From the IMG/VR virus record IMGVR_UViG_3300030109_004684: DNA of 64,000 nucleotides; one strand, given 5' to 3'. This document shows, one piece after another, positions 32,401 through 39,347 of this stretch. The translations under genes were made by a program, and so were the position numbers. A model generated the notes under the pieces. It was not told the DNA's origin. It saw nothing but the letters and a program-made list of their open reading frames with translations, and did no database searches. This stretch comes from an uncultured virus (IMG/VR IMGVR_UViG_3300030109_004684) (lineage: Duplodnaviria > Heunggongvirae > Uroviricota > Caudoviricetes > Crassvirales). Within the stretch, counting starts at the first letter, position 1; each line of letters opens with the position of its first letter.

Positions 32401-34568
32401 GCTTGTGCTTTAAATTTATCTACTTGTAGATAATCGTAACCATCAGCAACAGTACCACCTGAATAAAAGAACTTTCCTTTTTTTTCATCCCATTGAAGTG
32501 ACGCGCTTTCATAAACGTCTTCATCTTTTTTATAACCGTATGTAGAAATATCAAGATTTTTAAACAAACCATTTTTCATTTGCTCTTCAACAAACATTTC
32601 AAAATCTTGCATGTCATCAACACCTATACCGCTAAGATCGTTGTCATCATAAAAATAAGACCATTTAGGTTGTTTCTTTTTTATTTCATCTTTTATACTT
32701 TGTTTGTTATCCGAAGTTTTTAAGTTTTGCACACTTTCTACATACCATGACTTATCTTTAAAACTATTGTAACGCTCATCCCACTCTTTTTTTTCTTTTT
32801 CATGGTTAGACCATTTCTCTTCATTTTTACTGTGGTCACCATTTATTTCGTAGTTACCATACCACTTGTTGTAATAATCTATATCTTGTTGTGTAACTTT
32901 TATATTTTCACCATTAAGGTTGTATTCGCCTGGTACAAAGTTTATTTGCTCTGAACTACCAAACGCTCTACCTTCTTCACCGTTTTCTATTAAATAATTT
33001 TCTTTATTTTTTTCAGATAATTGACTAGCTATTTGTACAACTTGACTTACTGAGCTGTTACCATTGTATTCTCCACTCCAAAAAGCTTCTATAGATTTAG
33101 TGTCTGTTGATGATATACTTTTTTTATGATCTAATAATTTAAAATCATAATCTTTTTGACTAATTTTTATTTGATCTTTAGCCGGTCTAACACCAATACT
33201 TTTTAATCTTTCAACTTCTTCGTCAGTTATTTTGTAAGTACCATCATCTTGTAAAGTATAAACTTCAGGACTAGTAATATCATTATCAACAATATCATCC
33301 ATACCACCTTCTTTTTTACCAGGCGCTGCTTCATTTATATAAGCTTGGTAATCGTTTTTTACTGTGTTAAACGTACTCGCTTCACTAGCAATACCAGTAG
33401 CGCTAAGAAAATTTTTCCAACCTTTTGATGTTACTATAGATTTTAATCTTGTTTTTGACCCAGCCTCACCAACATTTTTAGGGTACCAAACATCTTGATA
33501 ATATTTTTCCCAGCCCATGTCTTTTCTTCTGGTGTACTCTTGTTCTTTCTTTTGGTAAGCTTTTTTTTCTGTTACTCTTGCTGTACTTAACCTATATATC
33601 TGTGAGTTTTCTTGGCCTTCTTTTCTATTTTCAACCTCGTACAATGCTTTAGGCCCATGTAAAAGATTCATAGAATTTTGTTCCTCTTTTGAAGCTATTA
33701 CTGTTTTACCGTTTTCATCTACATATGACCATACCACCTCTGCATCTATATCTATATCAGCATCTAAAAACTCTTGGTCCATTCCAGCCATAAGTTCTTC
33801 TTTAGACCTAGCTGTATATTGTTTGTATCTATTTTTATTTAAAGCTTCTGGATTTGTTGTTTTAAGACCATCTAGTAAGTATTTGTTTTTTACTTTACCC
33901 TTAGAGTTACCATCAGCATCTATATAATGCCATTCTAGTTTACCATTTTTATTTGCTATAGCTCTATAGTTATTACCACTACCACCTATTTGGTATTTAT
34001 CATCTAATTGTTTTTTCATCCATTTTTGTAGTCTTTCGGATTCGGCAATATCATCTTTTTCATAAACATGATCTGTACTAATCTTAATAGATGATCCTCC
34101 AAAAGTAACAGTTATCTGATCGTTACCAGTATCTTTAAATTTAAAACCTTGTTTTGAAAAGGTTCTGTTTAAAGTACCAGCAACAAAATCATCATCTCCA
34201 TAGCTTAATAAATAATCTTTAGGCTGACGGTCGTCTGAGTTGTTGTACTTTCCATCTTGTTTAGTTAACCTAGCTAAATCATCATTAATACCTTTTGTAA
34301 CGGCGTCATTACCTTTTTTAACTAAATCTTGCATTTCTTCACTATCATACTCTCCATATATAGAAGCCTGCTCTAATTTTTGTTCTTCAAAAGCTGCTTT
34401 TTCTGCTTCTTCTTGTTTTTTAATCGCTTCAGCTATTTTTGCTTGTCTAGCAGCTTCTGCTTTAGCTTTTTCTCTACGTAACTGCAAAGCGTCAATTATA
34501 ACTTGATCGCCATAACCTTTTGCCCTTAAATTCTTAGCTATTTTTAATTCTTCTTGAGTCGCTGCCAT
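23475..34568 (-). CDS. Giant (3697 aa) internal-virion/ejection polyvalent protein: zincin, sigma-2-like, HAD and C-terminal Zn-finger modules
   Basis: Last gene of the virion block. Contains HELLH...AEEY, FDFDETL...ILTAR...K...FVDD, two C-terminal CCCH fingers, and hydrophobic A/G-rich stretches. Confidence 0.8.
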   Translation of the reverse strand: MAATQEELKIAKNLRAKGYGDQVIIDALQLRREKAKAEAARQAKIAEAIKKQEEAEKAAFEEQKLEQASIYGEYDSEEMQDLVKKGNDAVTKGINDDLARLTKQDGKYNNSDDRQPKDYLLSYGDDDFVAGTLNRTFSKQGFKFKDTGNDQITVTFGGSSIKISTDHVYEKDDIAESERLQKWMKKQLDDKYQIGGSGNNYRAIANKNGKLEWHYIDADGNSKGKVKNKYLLDGLKTTNPEALNKNRYKQYTARSKEELMAGMDQEFLDADIDIDAEVVWSYVDENGKTVIASKEEQNSMNLLHGPKALYEVENRKEGQENSQIYRLSTARVTEKKAYQKKEQEYTRRKDMGWEKYYQDVWYPKNVGEAGSKTRLKSIVTSKGWKNFLSATGIASEASTFNTVKNDYQAYINEAAPGKKEGGMDDIVDNDITSPEVYTLQDDGTYKITDEEVERLKSIGVRPAKDQIKISQKDYDFKLLDHKKSISSTDTKSIEAFWSGEYNGNSSVSQVVQIASQLSEKNKENYLIENGEEGRAFGSSEQINFVPGEYNLNGENIKVTQQDIDYYNKWYGNYEINGDHSKNEEKWSNHEKEKKEWDERYNSFKDKSWYVESVQNLKTSDNKQSIKDEIKKKQPKWSYFYDDNDLSGIGVDDMQDFEMFVEEQMKNGLFKNLDISTYGYKKDEDVYESASLQWDEKKGKFFYSGGTVADGYDYLQVDKFKAQALQMYLTDRIGKNREVVNNYADAGIISASNSLDSSSAVVAELDTDVKSLLEEYKTLQEDIKSGKVKDDEESKSKLEELSADINGKSKMLEHFVGVYNETANNEYNQELFNKYNDLVEKDQNLIQSFNNLITPNKDEPYGIKNIAKELYDDEMKKQERLHKAQNGHVGWQIANIAESGWGALANTVFGLAGMIEAEVPRLVGMGKDAKGRAQVYNMYSLGAEQVTWDAVGEGSVIDEETGEIQWTNIAPTTAAVVVDMVMMMRTGGLIKGAVSATSKLASKTALRLGKTLKIPTVGLTKLNPAINRIGKLSSKAQIANRAAQFSGSSLVIFPKNVQEAVSQIDDDFTAEDAMKGAFWKTATESAIEMFNPDIAMFPKLNKFKQTPGWGNYKLWKNGTNATKTINLFKQSIKQIPAEILEEFSQEAASGLHNAYRNQKYNTNFELPGLDSFKELGLITPASILSMGAVRTRGFRRGKPDSSLYTAAIEDFDGFSSEMLKRYNNGDIDADNYMNIMQTVNGFNLAKNSIDPEQYANMTNIERQETLSLLYAKNELQKSIKESTDPTQTEKLRRDLKNVELDIKRVAKTVETGYVSREQQAKEFQVVNLKAQWKNSELGSKKRQDLKVKIQKAIKERNDLREKASLYEFNGKHFNSASKFIAALQKAKANGYFDKGKVPKIRISNKVNSKKAAYVAGMVNDLTGKSLFKKGEVLMSANDVQETSEFLTSPDNQGKTISQLRQELLEERRKKNPNTNRINDLQNAVKLIELQGRGYELDEQAGGMIIKGRENQALKSLEDQEIQRNLGAVQDVLGQAGLGMAALTQEQIDEAVAAGELDEVFAEEGVNAFIHEIVRDGKPERVVVVNKDMAKKYKRNTAASHELLHMVLFSVLNGPIRTVKGPDGRNYQTRLTEEGAKLIQGFLDLLPADHRNKLETVVYRNGYKNENFDKENGAELPFEVYAEEYLTHYHDLVVSEKGELKIDITQPDNRSVVRKVVDYFKDFLKTKVEEDVHEVIDINIKTPQQLLDFLNTYNKQAIEGKFSDQLVDMATSSSKLYAETTPILEDPARPLSRTQFSRSEAAVNEEFGNEQRERLVQRVNDIYADPNMSVDEKAGLIAEEYRGMAEVRFEVAVATAPSQQIRDILINNKEDVIAEMLYDPGDGKNKARNVLGLVRDFEVEKQKYRNIAAYINKYFRVRAYEAISKITKDKMFKQQFEEAQGSLQETEAQEADLNEDNQFAAGQIVVTNKLTQNDPFNENLKRQINEYNEDINNQIDQDPSIYTSKTYKTLKDLNPRKTIERMVNDQMVNGAYGKVYVDNGSPFWKTTKGKRQLGTPIVDGILKKLTNNDNLNQQDIKALQPYISKHASTLKISLPQGFMTDKNNRPTKATGVQNVLLEPFYIKGKRVGNLFPQRKRTDIGVTEFLNVFGITPAGEINITGKESNVSQRVKALIEQHGRVATNQQVRNRLEQKGIPQEQINEIANGKSNLVFSRTAVDNDVNPVTNEIEPGYNQREADVATLMIMALRQDPKQYDYMAGVYPEVATLVDQFLQNVNESLGAGKNYIPFVRDDKFTPTAIKELIETQGARAIWKGGKINPKDPKNKSYIEKYSNQTRDLGMSFHPNFPTKTLLFLLGYKQGRTLNKKDHVENVTAIENRSQEFNEQAELEFLERNGFKRGDLEALKNIQPMVFDGRIKKILEEIHFATDENGNSTRAAKLAKMTELQDEIAKINEANHIAFRYVAAKMKEAYNRDGTIDAQFVFTLGQVQTNIVEGLRALSSFKYVYLTDGLQLPFSTNRSGKKVLLKKPDVNKRSNQEYYTSNDWNNYISSWEQTTEWQEFKTKNEKLLGQAGKVKVGNKSVEIGKDISMKAAVEVATINDLLFKNEHVGASATSNAELVSHVYSNGQSISLDNVGFNHESGWLTKVLASPEFIDAKVNIAGKEVDNKTSLEADYRLVKFTKGKDKGIYHFSGKNVVDYLSETDGIIQAINEVVRMTGAQSRNDKVVTKAVQLSRTIDENTPARGMSAFDFDETLIDKGDNFIIAKRGDDVVRIGSAQWPIQGPLLAEQGYEFDFTDFVNVRGGVEGPLMQKLRNRIEKYGIENNYILTARPPESAPAIKAWLETQGIDMPIENITGLGNSTGEAKALWIADKFSQGYNDVYFVDDALPNVEAVANIMDQLDIKGSSVQARINFSRSMPDQFSRQIDGQTGQELDLNRIIEQTMGDAAEKRYSNAQAKIRGSKKGRFNFFVPPSAEDFKGLLYRLVGKGRQGEQHIAFFKRSLLDPFARAYTNINRSTQQVQSSYRQILKAFPEVKKQLKENVPGTQFTQEQAVRVYLWNKAGYDVPGLSQTDLNRLTSWVSASDGLKAFSEQLSKLMNQPVGYTPPTEFWLVENILSDIQTLNNEVTRDEHLAEFKQNRAKIFGEWQGDNLVGENMNKLEALYGTNYRDALQDILYRMEYGRKREQGKNKLVNAFNNWANQSVGAIMFFNMRSALLQTISSINFVNWSDNNPLKAATAFANQKQFWKDFSMIFNSDMLKQRRAGNQRGINEAELAAAIAGSTNKAKAALNWLLTKGFLPTQIADSFAIASGGATFYRNRVNTYLKQGLSQQEAQAKAFNDFQEIAEESQQSSRPDLISQQQASPLGRYILAFKNTPMQYARLMKKAFLDIKNGRGDFKSNLSKIIYYGMVQNLIFNGLQAALGALVGDDDEEKDAKTYERVLNGMLDSVLGGLGFGGNAVVTIKNSIREYLKQKNKGWGADHTYTMLQLVSFSPTIGSKLRKIYSGIQTEKFNEDVIKKMDLLDIDNPVYSALANVISGVTNIPLDRLVKKVDNIDAAITEDISMVERIALLLGWNTWDLGIEDQDIIAIEEEIKKDKDKQRKEKSDKKKQEKKKEQEEENKVKEEENKKKEDGGCIAINRKGERCKNEALPGKNYCTIHDKVEQRADGTKVQCSQIKSDGDRCKMKTSNKSGKCYYHD

Positions 34569-34572
34569 ATTA

Positions 34573-36453
34573 TTAGTTTAAACCTTCTTCTAAGACGTCT
34601 TCTAAGTTAACATTACTTTTTTGTTGCCACATGTTTGTTTCTTTATTAAAGTACACACCGGTTCTTGCGTTGCTATACATACCCATGATACCACCATCAT
34701 TTAAAAACTCATCCATTGTTTCACCAGGTATAGGTTTTCTATTAGGATCACTATCACCATAAAAACGTTTTTTCTGATTCATAGTTAGGTAATCAGCTAA
34801 AATAGCCTGAGAAGTGTTAAAATCATACAAAGGGTGTGATCTATCTGTTATTGCTCTATATAACTTATCTCTATCTTCTTCATCCATAAAATCATTTGCG
34901 TCTACAATACCTTCTCCAGTTTTATCAAATTGAGCAGGGTCTAAACCTAAGTTAGCATAATCAACTTGCTCTAAGTAACTACCTATTTGTTTTGCAAAAG
35001 TATTTTGAGTACCAGTGCCTCTATAATCATCATGCATCATAGAAGATATATTGTCTTCTGTTATAAAGTCTAAGTTTTTACTTTTAATTCTATCTTCTTC
35101 AAAAGCACTGGCACCTTCTACACCGTTAATAAAATCAGAACCTGCATTTGTAAAGTTTTCTTCATACTCTATATAACTTTTCATACCCGCTCTATCTATT
35201 TCTTTTAACGAACCAGAAAAATCATCTTGATCAAAAAACTCTTTAGAGTTTTCTACATTAGGATCATACTCTGGGTTTTTCCATACAAACTCTCCGTTTT
35301 GATAAACAAGGTTGTTAGGATCTGTACATGTAGCTAAAATCATTTTTTCTTGCTCTGTCATACCAGCTGACAAATCACTTTTACCCTGCTCATTGTTTTG
35401 CATTTCAGAAACTAAGTTTAAGCCTTCTTTTAACGTACCAACACTTGTAGATAAACCTTGAAGTTGTAATTTTATTTCTGCTTGTTTCTTTTTATCATTG
35501 TTTCTAACAGCTTCCATGTACTGCTCTTGTAATACTGATGCTTGGTCGAAAGCTATGTTATAATATTCTTTACCTAGACCACCAGCTCCTTCAGCTATTT
35601 TATCTACATTACCTTGTAACATATTTTCATAACTTTCTATTCTAGTTTTTTCAGCTTCTTTTTGTTGCATTAAACCTCCCGTTATATCTTCAGCAATATA
35701 AGAAAGAGCGCCAAGCGTGTTGCCTTGTGCTCTATTCTGTGCATTCATTGCTTCTTGGTAATATTTAGGATCCCAAGTACCAGCGCTTAAAACACCACCT
35801 TTAAAAGGGGATCTCATTTTTAATGAACTATTTTTTTTACGCATACCAAGTCCAGATGCAAGATTACCAACGCTTGTACCCATACTTGTAATTCCAGCCG
35901 CCATTTGTTGATCTGCAGCCATCATTTGCCCAGCTGTATTTGAAACATCAATAGATGCCATATCTAAACCAACTTGAGCTTGTTTTTGTTTTAAATTCCT
36001 AGACTGTATTTCACCTTCTCTTTCTAAATTTTGTATTTTAGATGCTTGAGCACGTTCAGCTTTTTGATTCATAGCTTCTTGGTCTGCTATAGACACAGAG
36101 GCTTTTTGTGCACCTATTTGTTGTTGATTAGCCAAAGCTTGTGCAAGTGCAGCCACGCCAGAACCACCAGCTGCTTTATTCATATTGTTTAATATGTTAG
36201 CTTCACTTTGTGCGGATTTGGTTGCTGCAAAATCAGCTGCTTGTTGATTTACAGTTAAATCTTCCATAGTATTTTCCATGTTTAAATATGGATTACTAGT
36301 ATCAAGATTCATGTACTTTTCTTTAGCAGCCTCCATTTCTTGTCTTGCTTGTGCGTTAGCTGCTTTAGCTGCTTTTTTCTTTTTCCACCCAGATATAGCG
36401 TTAGCGGCTCCTGCCGCTATACCTACACCAGCTGCTACTGCTATAAAACTCAT
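34573..36453 (-). CDS. Internal virion/ejection protein
   Basis: N-terminus MSFIAVAAGVGIAAGAANAISG and an A/Q-rich helical region typical of podovirus ejection proteins; immediately upstream of the giant protein. Confidence 0.7.
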   Translation of the reverse strand: MSFIAVAAGVGIAAGAANAISGWKKKKAAKAANAQARQEMEAAKEKYMNLDTSNPYLNMENTMEDLTVNQQAADFAATKSAQSEANILNNMNKAAGGSGVAALAQALANQQQIGAQKASVSIADQEAMNQKAERAQASKIQNLEREGEIQSRNLKQKQAQVGLDMASIDVSNTAGQMMAADQQMAAGITSMGTSVGNLASGLGMRKKNSSLKMRSPFKGGVLSAGTWDPKYYQEAMNAQNRAQGNTLGALSYIAEDITGGLMQQKEAEKTRIESYENMLQGNVDKIAEGAGGLGKEYYNIAFDQASVLQEQYMEAVRNNDKKKQAEIKLQLQGLSTSVGTLKEGLNLVSEMQNNEQGKSDLSAGMTEQEKMILATCTDPNNLVYQNGEFVWKNPEYDPNVENSKEFFDQDDFSGSLKEIDRAGMKSYIEYEENFTNAGSDFINGVEGASAFEEDRIKSKNLDFITEDNISSMMHDDYRGTGTQNTFAKQIGSYLEQVDYANLGLDPAQFDKTGEGIVDANDFMDEEDRDKLYRAITDRSHPLYDFNTSQAILADYLTMNQKKRFYGDSDPNRKPIPGETMDEFLNDGGIMGMYSNARTGVYFNKETNMWQQKSNVNLEDVLEEGLN

Positions 36454-36456
36454 AAT

Positions 36457-36918
36457 CTATTTATTTTTATTAATGTATTCTTCATATTTTTCAAATGTTG
36501 TAGAAACAATATCTTTTTCTAATTCTTCTATGTTTTTTGTGTTACTAGGGTTTTTGTGTATATTAACAAATATAGAGTCTTCTAAAGCATATATAACTCT
36601 TTTACTACCTGGTTGCGCGATAACATAACAAGGTGCTACATACTCTTCAACTGTTTTTTCTGTAGCTACAGCTAAACCACCGGTTAATAAAAACCAAACG
36701 TGTTCGTGGTTATGTATATGACCAACAACTGCAGATCCTTTTTTCATGTCCATTTGTCTAATATAAACACCATCTGCAAAACTATGCTTCAAAGGGAACT
36801 CATCACAATGAACAACAGTTGTACCATCTCCTATAATATTAACTCCATCAGCAATAGACACCCAGTTGTCTTGTAATTTTTGTATTTCTTTTCTTTTATT
36901 TAAAGTTATATTTTTCAC
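36457..36918 (-). CDS. Cupin-fold protein
   Basis: HSFADGVYIRQMDMKKGSAVVGHIHNHEHVWFLLTG. Confidence 0.75.
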   Translation of the reverse strand: MKNITLNKRKEIQKLQDNWVSIADGVNIIGDGTTVVHCDEFPLKHSFADGVYIRQMDMKKGSAVVGHIHNHEHVWFLLTGGLAVATEKTVEEYVAPCYVIAQPGSKRVIYALEDSIFVNIHKNPSNTKNIEELEKDIVSTTFEKYEEYINKNK

Positions 36919-36940
36919 TATTATATTTTATTATAGTGAT

Positions 36941-36967
36941 ATAATCACACTTCTTATCAATTATTTA
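36941..36967 (-). promoter_or_regulatory. Class II promoter motif
   Basis: TAAATA-attgataagaagt-GTGATTAT heads the cupin/ejection-protein operon. Confidence 0.7.
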
Positions 36968-37341
36968 CTACTTTCACCTGCAACACAACCTATACTATAC
37001 AACTCTGCTTCTGTAGTAGAATTGTTTTTAAAAGTAACTTCTGCATAATAACCTAATATACTACTGGAATTAACTTTATTATCTTTACTAAAAAATATAT
37101 AACTACTAGTGGTTGGTAGTTGATTTGATTGCAAAGTGTTTGTTGCTATTGTTATTGTATTAGTTGTTTGGTTAATAGCTGATACAACACCTATTTTAAC
37201 TATTGTTTCTTCGTTTGTATTACCAGACTGTTGTGTGGTTAAAAAACCACCTTTAGTATTAGTCGCCACATAATAAGCTGTATCACCAATTGCTAGCGAT
37301 ACATTTAAAGGATCTGGAAAAGTTAATGATAATGAAGCCAT
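36961..37341 (-). CDS. Probable tail/structural protein
   Basis: T/S-rich beta protein in the tail block. Confidence 0.65.
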   Translation of the reverse strand: MASLSLTFPDPLNVSLAIGDTAYYVATNTKGGFLTTQQSGNTNEETIVKIGVVSAINQTTNTITIATNTLQSNQLPTTSSYIFFSKDNKVNSSSILGYYAEVTFKNNSTTEAELYSIGCVAGESSK

Positions 37342-37342
37342 A

Positions 37343-39346
37343 TTATGATATTGTTATTAATTCGTTTAAGTCTAGTTTTACTGTTTCTGAAGATGTACCA
37401 AAACTATATATACATAAAGTACCTGCTATTATTACGTTAGAGCTGCTTTGTGTTACAGTGGCACTTTTCACGGTGGCACTTGTAGACCCAGCAGTTGCAG
37501 AACCTATTCTTATTGTTAAATCATTTTGTGCTAAAGGTATTGTTTGTGATAAGACTAAAGTGTTACTATCTGTAACAGAAGACACAGTTATTCCTGATGT
37601 GTTAAAATTTACAGCTGATCTACTAGTTAATTCTATGTTTTGATTTACATCTATTAAACTTGCGCTAACACGTGTTATCACTGTTCCAACAGGTACACCT
37701 TCACCAGTTACCTCCATACCAACAACTAAATTTGTATGATCAGTAGCTACAACCTCGCCTTCTGCTGGTGCTAAACCACCCGAACCTGTTCCTGTTACTG
37801 TAAAACTTCTAGACCCAGCAAGACCAACAAATCTAGTTATTGTATCCCAATTAACAGAGTCTCCGGCTGTAACACCAGTTGTAGTATCAACATCTACAGA
37901 TGTAGTGCTTGAAGTTCCGTCTAATTGTGTTTCTATTTGTTGTGTTGTATCTAAAGTAAAATCTAAAGATGATTTTGGTGCTATACTTCCACTACCAGCT
38001 GTTATCATGTCTGGTTGTATAGTGTAAGAAAAAGTTCTTTCAATTGATGAAGAGTATTGTTTACCAGCTTGACCTTTTATTGTTATAGCAGTGTTTGGAC
38101 TACCATCTAATAACTCACTATCATCATAAACGTTAGCTCCATCTAGCAAGCCTAAAGTTACTACTACAGGTGCAAACTCTAATACTTTAAATTCACCAGT
38201 TGTAGTTGGTATTATTTCTTTTGCTTTTGTTGTACCTTCTGGTGTTATTACAAAATTGTAATTTAAATCAGATGATGTTGATGGAAATGTTATTTTAAAA
38301 TTTTGCACACCACTTGTTGGTATTGTTATTGTACCTGAATCAGTAGCGCTAGCTGTAAATGTGTTATCTGTAAAATCATATGTTTTACTAGAGTCTGAAC
38401 TTGTTATAGCTAATTTAAATTGTGCTCCAGAATCTCCCGTAGCTGTGTAATTACGTATATCACCGTCAGAACTTACATAATCTTGATTACCAGTAAATGT
38501 TTTTATTTCTGTTGTTGTTCCAGGTTGTACGGCTACTAATTGGTTTAATGTGTGTCTAAATACTATATTATGACCTAGCTCACACATGTTAGATATATCT
38601 TCTAAGCCTTGAACGTTTACTGGTGGATTGTAAAATACTTTAAAAGTTACACTTGTTAAATTATTGCTAGAGTCATAAACTTCACTACTTGTAGTTACAG
38701 TATAATAACTACCATAGTTTGGTGTTGTAATTATAAAATCTGGCGTTGCTACATAATAATAACCGTTAATAGTATTTGTTGCAAAGACTTTTGTTAAAAC
38801 TAAAGTGCCAGGAGGCGTTACACCTTCAGCAACATTACCTTGATGATTAACATGAAGAACAGCCGTACCAGTACTTTGTAAAGTACTTGATATTTGACTT
38901 GTATTATCTGTCTGTGTTATACCTGTATTACTTGTTGTTGTAACAGTATGTTTATCTACAGCAGCACTATCTTGCTCTAAAGTATGAAATGTATTTATAC
39001 AAACAGATCTTGATAAAGAGGTTGTAGCTGCTATTTCATCTATATCAATATATAAAAACTTATCAGAACCTGGCATAGAGAAGCTATCAAAGTTTACAGT
39101 AGCTGTTACCGTATTACCTACCGTATTAGCTGTACCTGTATCTGCAAAAGTTACCTTGTTAACACCTATGTCTACATTACCACCGGTCCACTCGTTAGTT
39201 GCTGTATTGCTAGCTCCACCTATTTTAAAATTACTCGCAGCTACAACGTAACCAGAGTTTGGTGTTATAGTTAATACAACATCTGAGGAAACTGTTACTC
39301 CTTGTGTTGTTGCTACTGATGATTCTGATACTGTCCAATTTGCCAT
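37343..39346 (-). CDS. Probable tail fibre/appendage protein
   Basis: T/S/G/V-rich; likely start 39346 (MANWTVSES). Confidence 0.65.
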   Translation of the reverse strand: MANWTVSESSVATTQGVTVSSDVVLTITPNSGYVVAASNFKIGGASNTATNEWTGGNVDIGVNKVTFADTGTANTVGNTVTATVNFDSFSMPGSDKFLYIDIDEIAATTSLSRSVCINTFHTLEQDSAAVDKHTVTTTSNTGITQTDNTSQISSTLQSTGTAVLHVNHQGNVAEGVTPPGTLVLTKVFATNTINGYYYVATPDFIITTPNYGSYYTVTTSSEVYDSSNNLTSVTFKVFYNPPVNVQGLEDISNMCELGHNIVFRHTLNQLVAVQPGTTTEIKTFTGNQDYVSSDGDIRNYTATGDSGAQFKLAITSSDSSKTYDFTDNTFTASATDSGTITIPTSGVQNFKITFPSTSSDLNYNFVITPEGTTKAKEIIPTTTGEFKVLEFAPVVVTLGLLDGANVYDDSELLDGSPNTAITIKGQAGKQYSSSIERTFSYTIQPDMITAGSGSIAPKSSLDFTLDTTQQIETQLDGTSSTTSVDVDTTTGVTAGDSVNWDTITRFVGLAGSRSFTVTGTGSGGLAPAEGEVVATDHTNLVVGMEVTGEGVPVGTVITRVSASLIDVNQNIELTSRSAVNFNTSGITVSSVTDSNTLVLSQTIPLAQNDLTIRIGSATAGSTSATVKSATVTQSSSNVIIAGTLCIYSFGTSSETVKLDLNELITIS

Positions 39347-39347
39347 A

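Noticed and set aside
33740..33770. DADIDID (and DFDET at about 26320) as the DxDxD active site of a crAss-like virion RNA polymerase
   Set aside because: No surrounding double-psi-barrel context is recognisable, and DFDET belongs to a full HAD motif set. A structure search would be needed to exclude an RNAP entirely.
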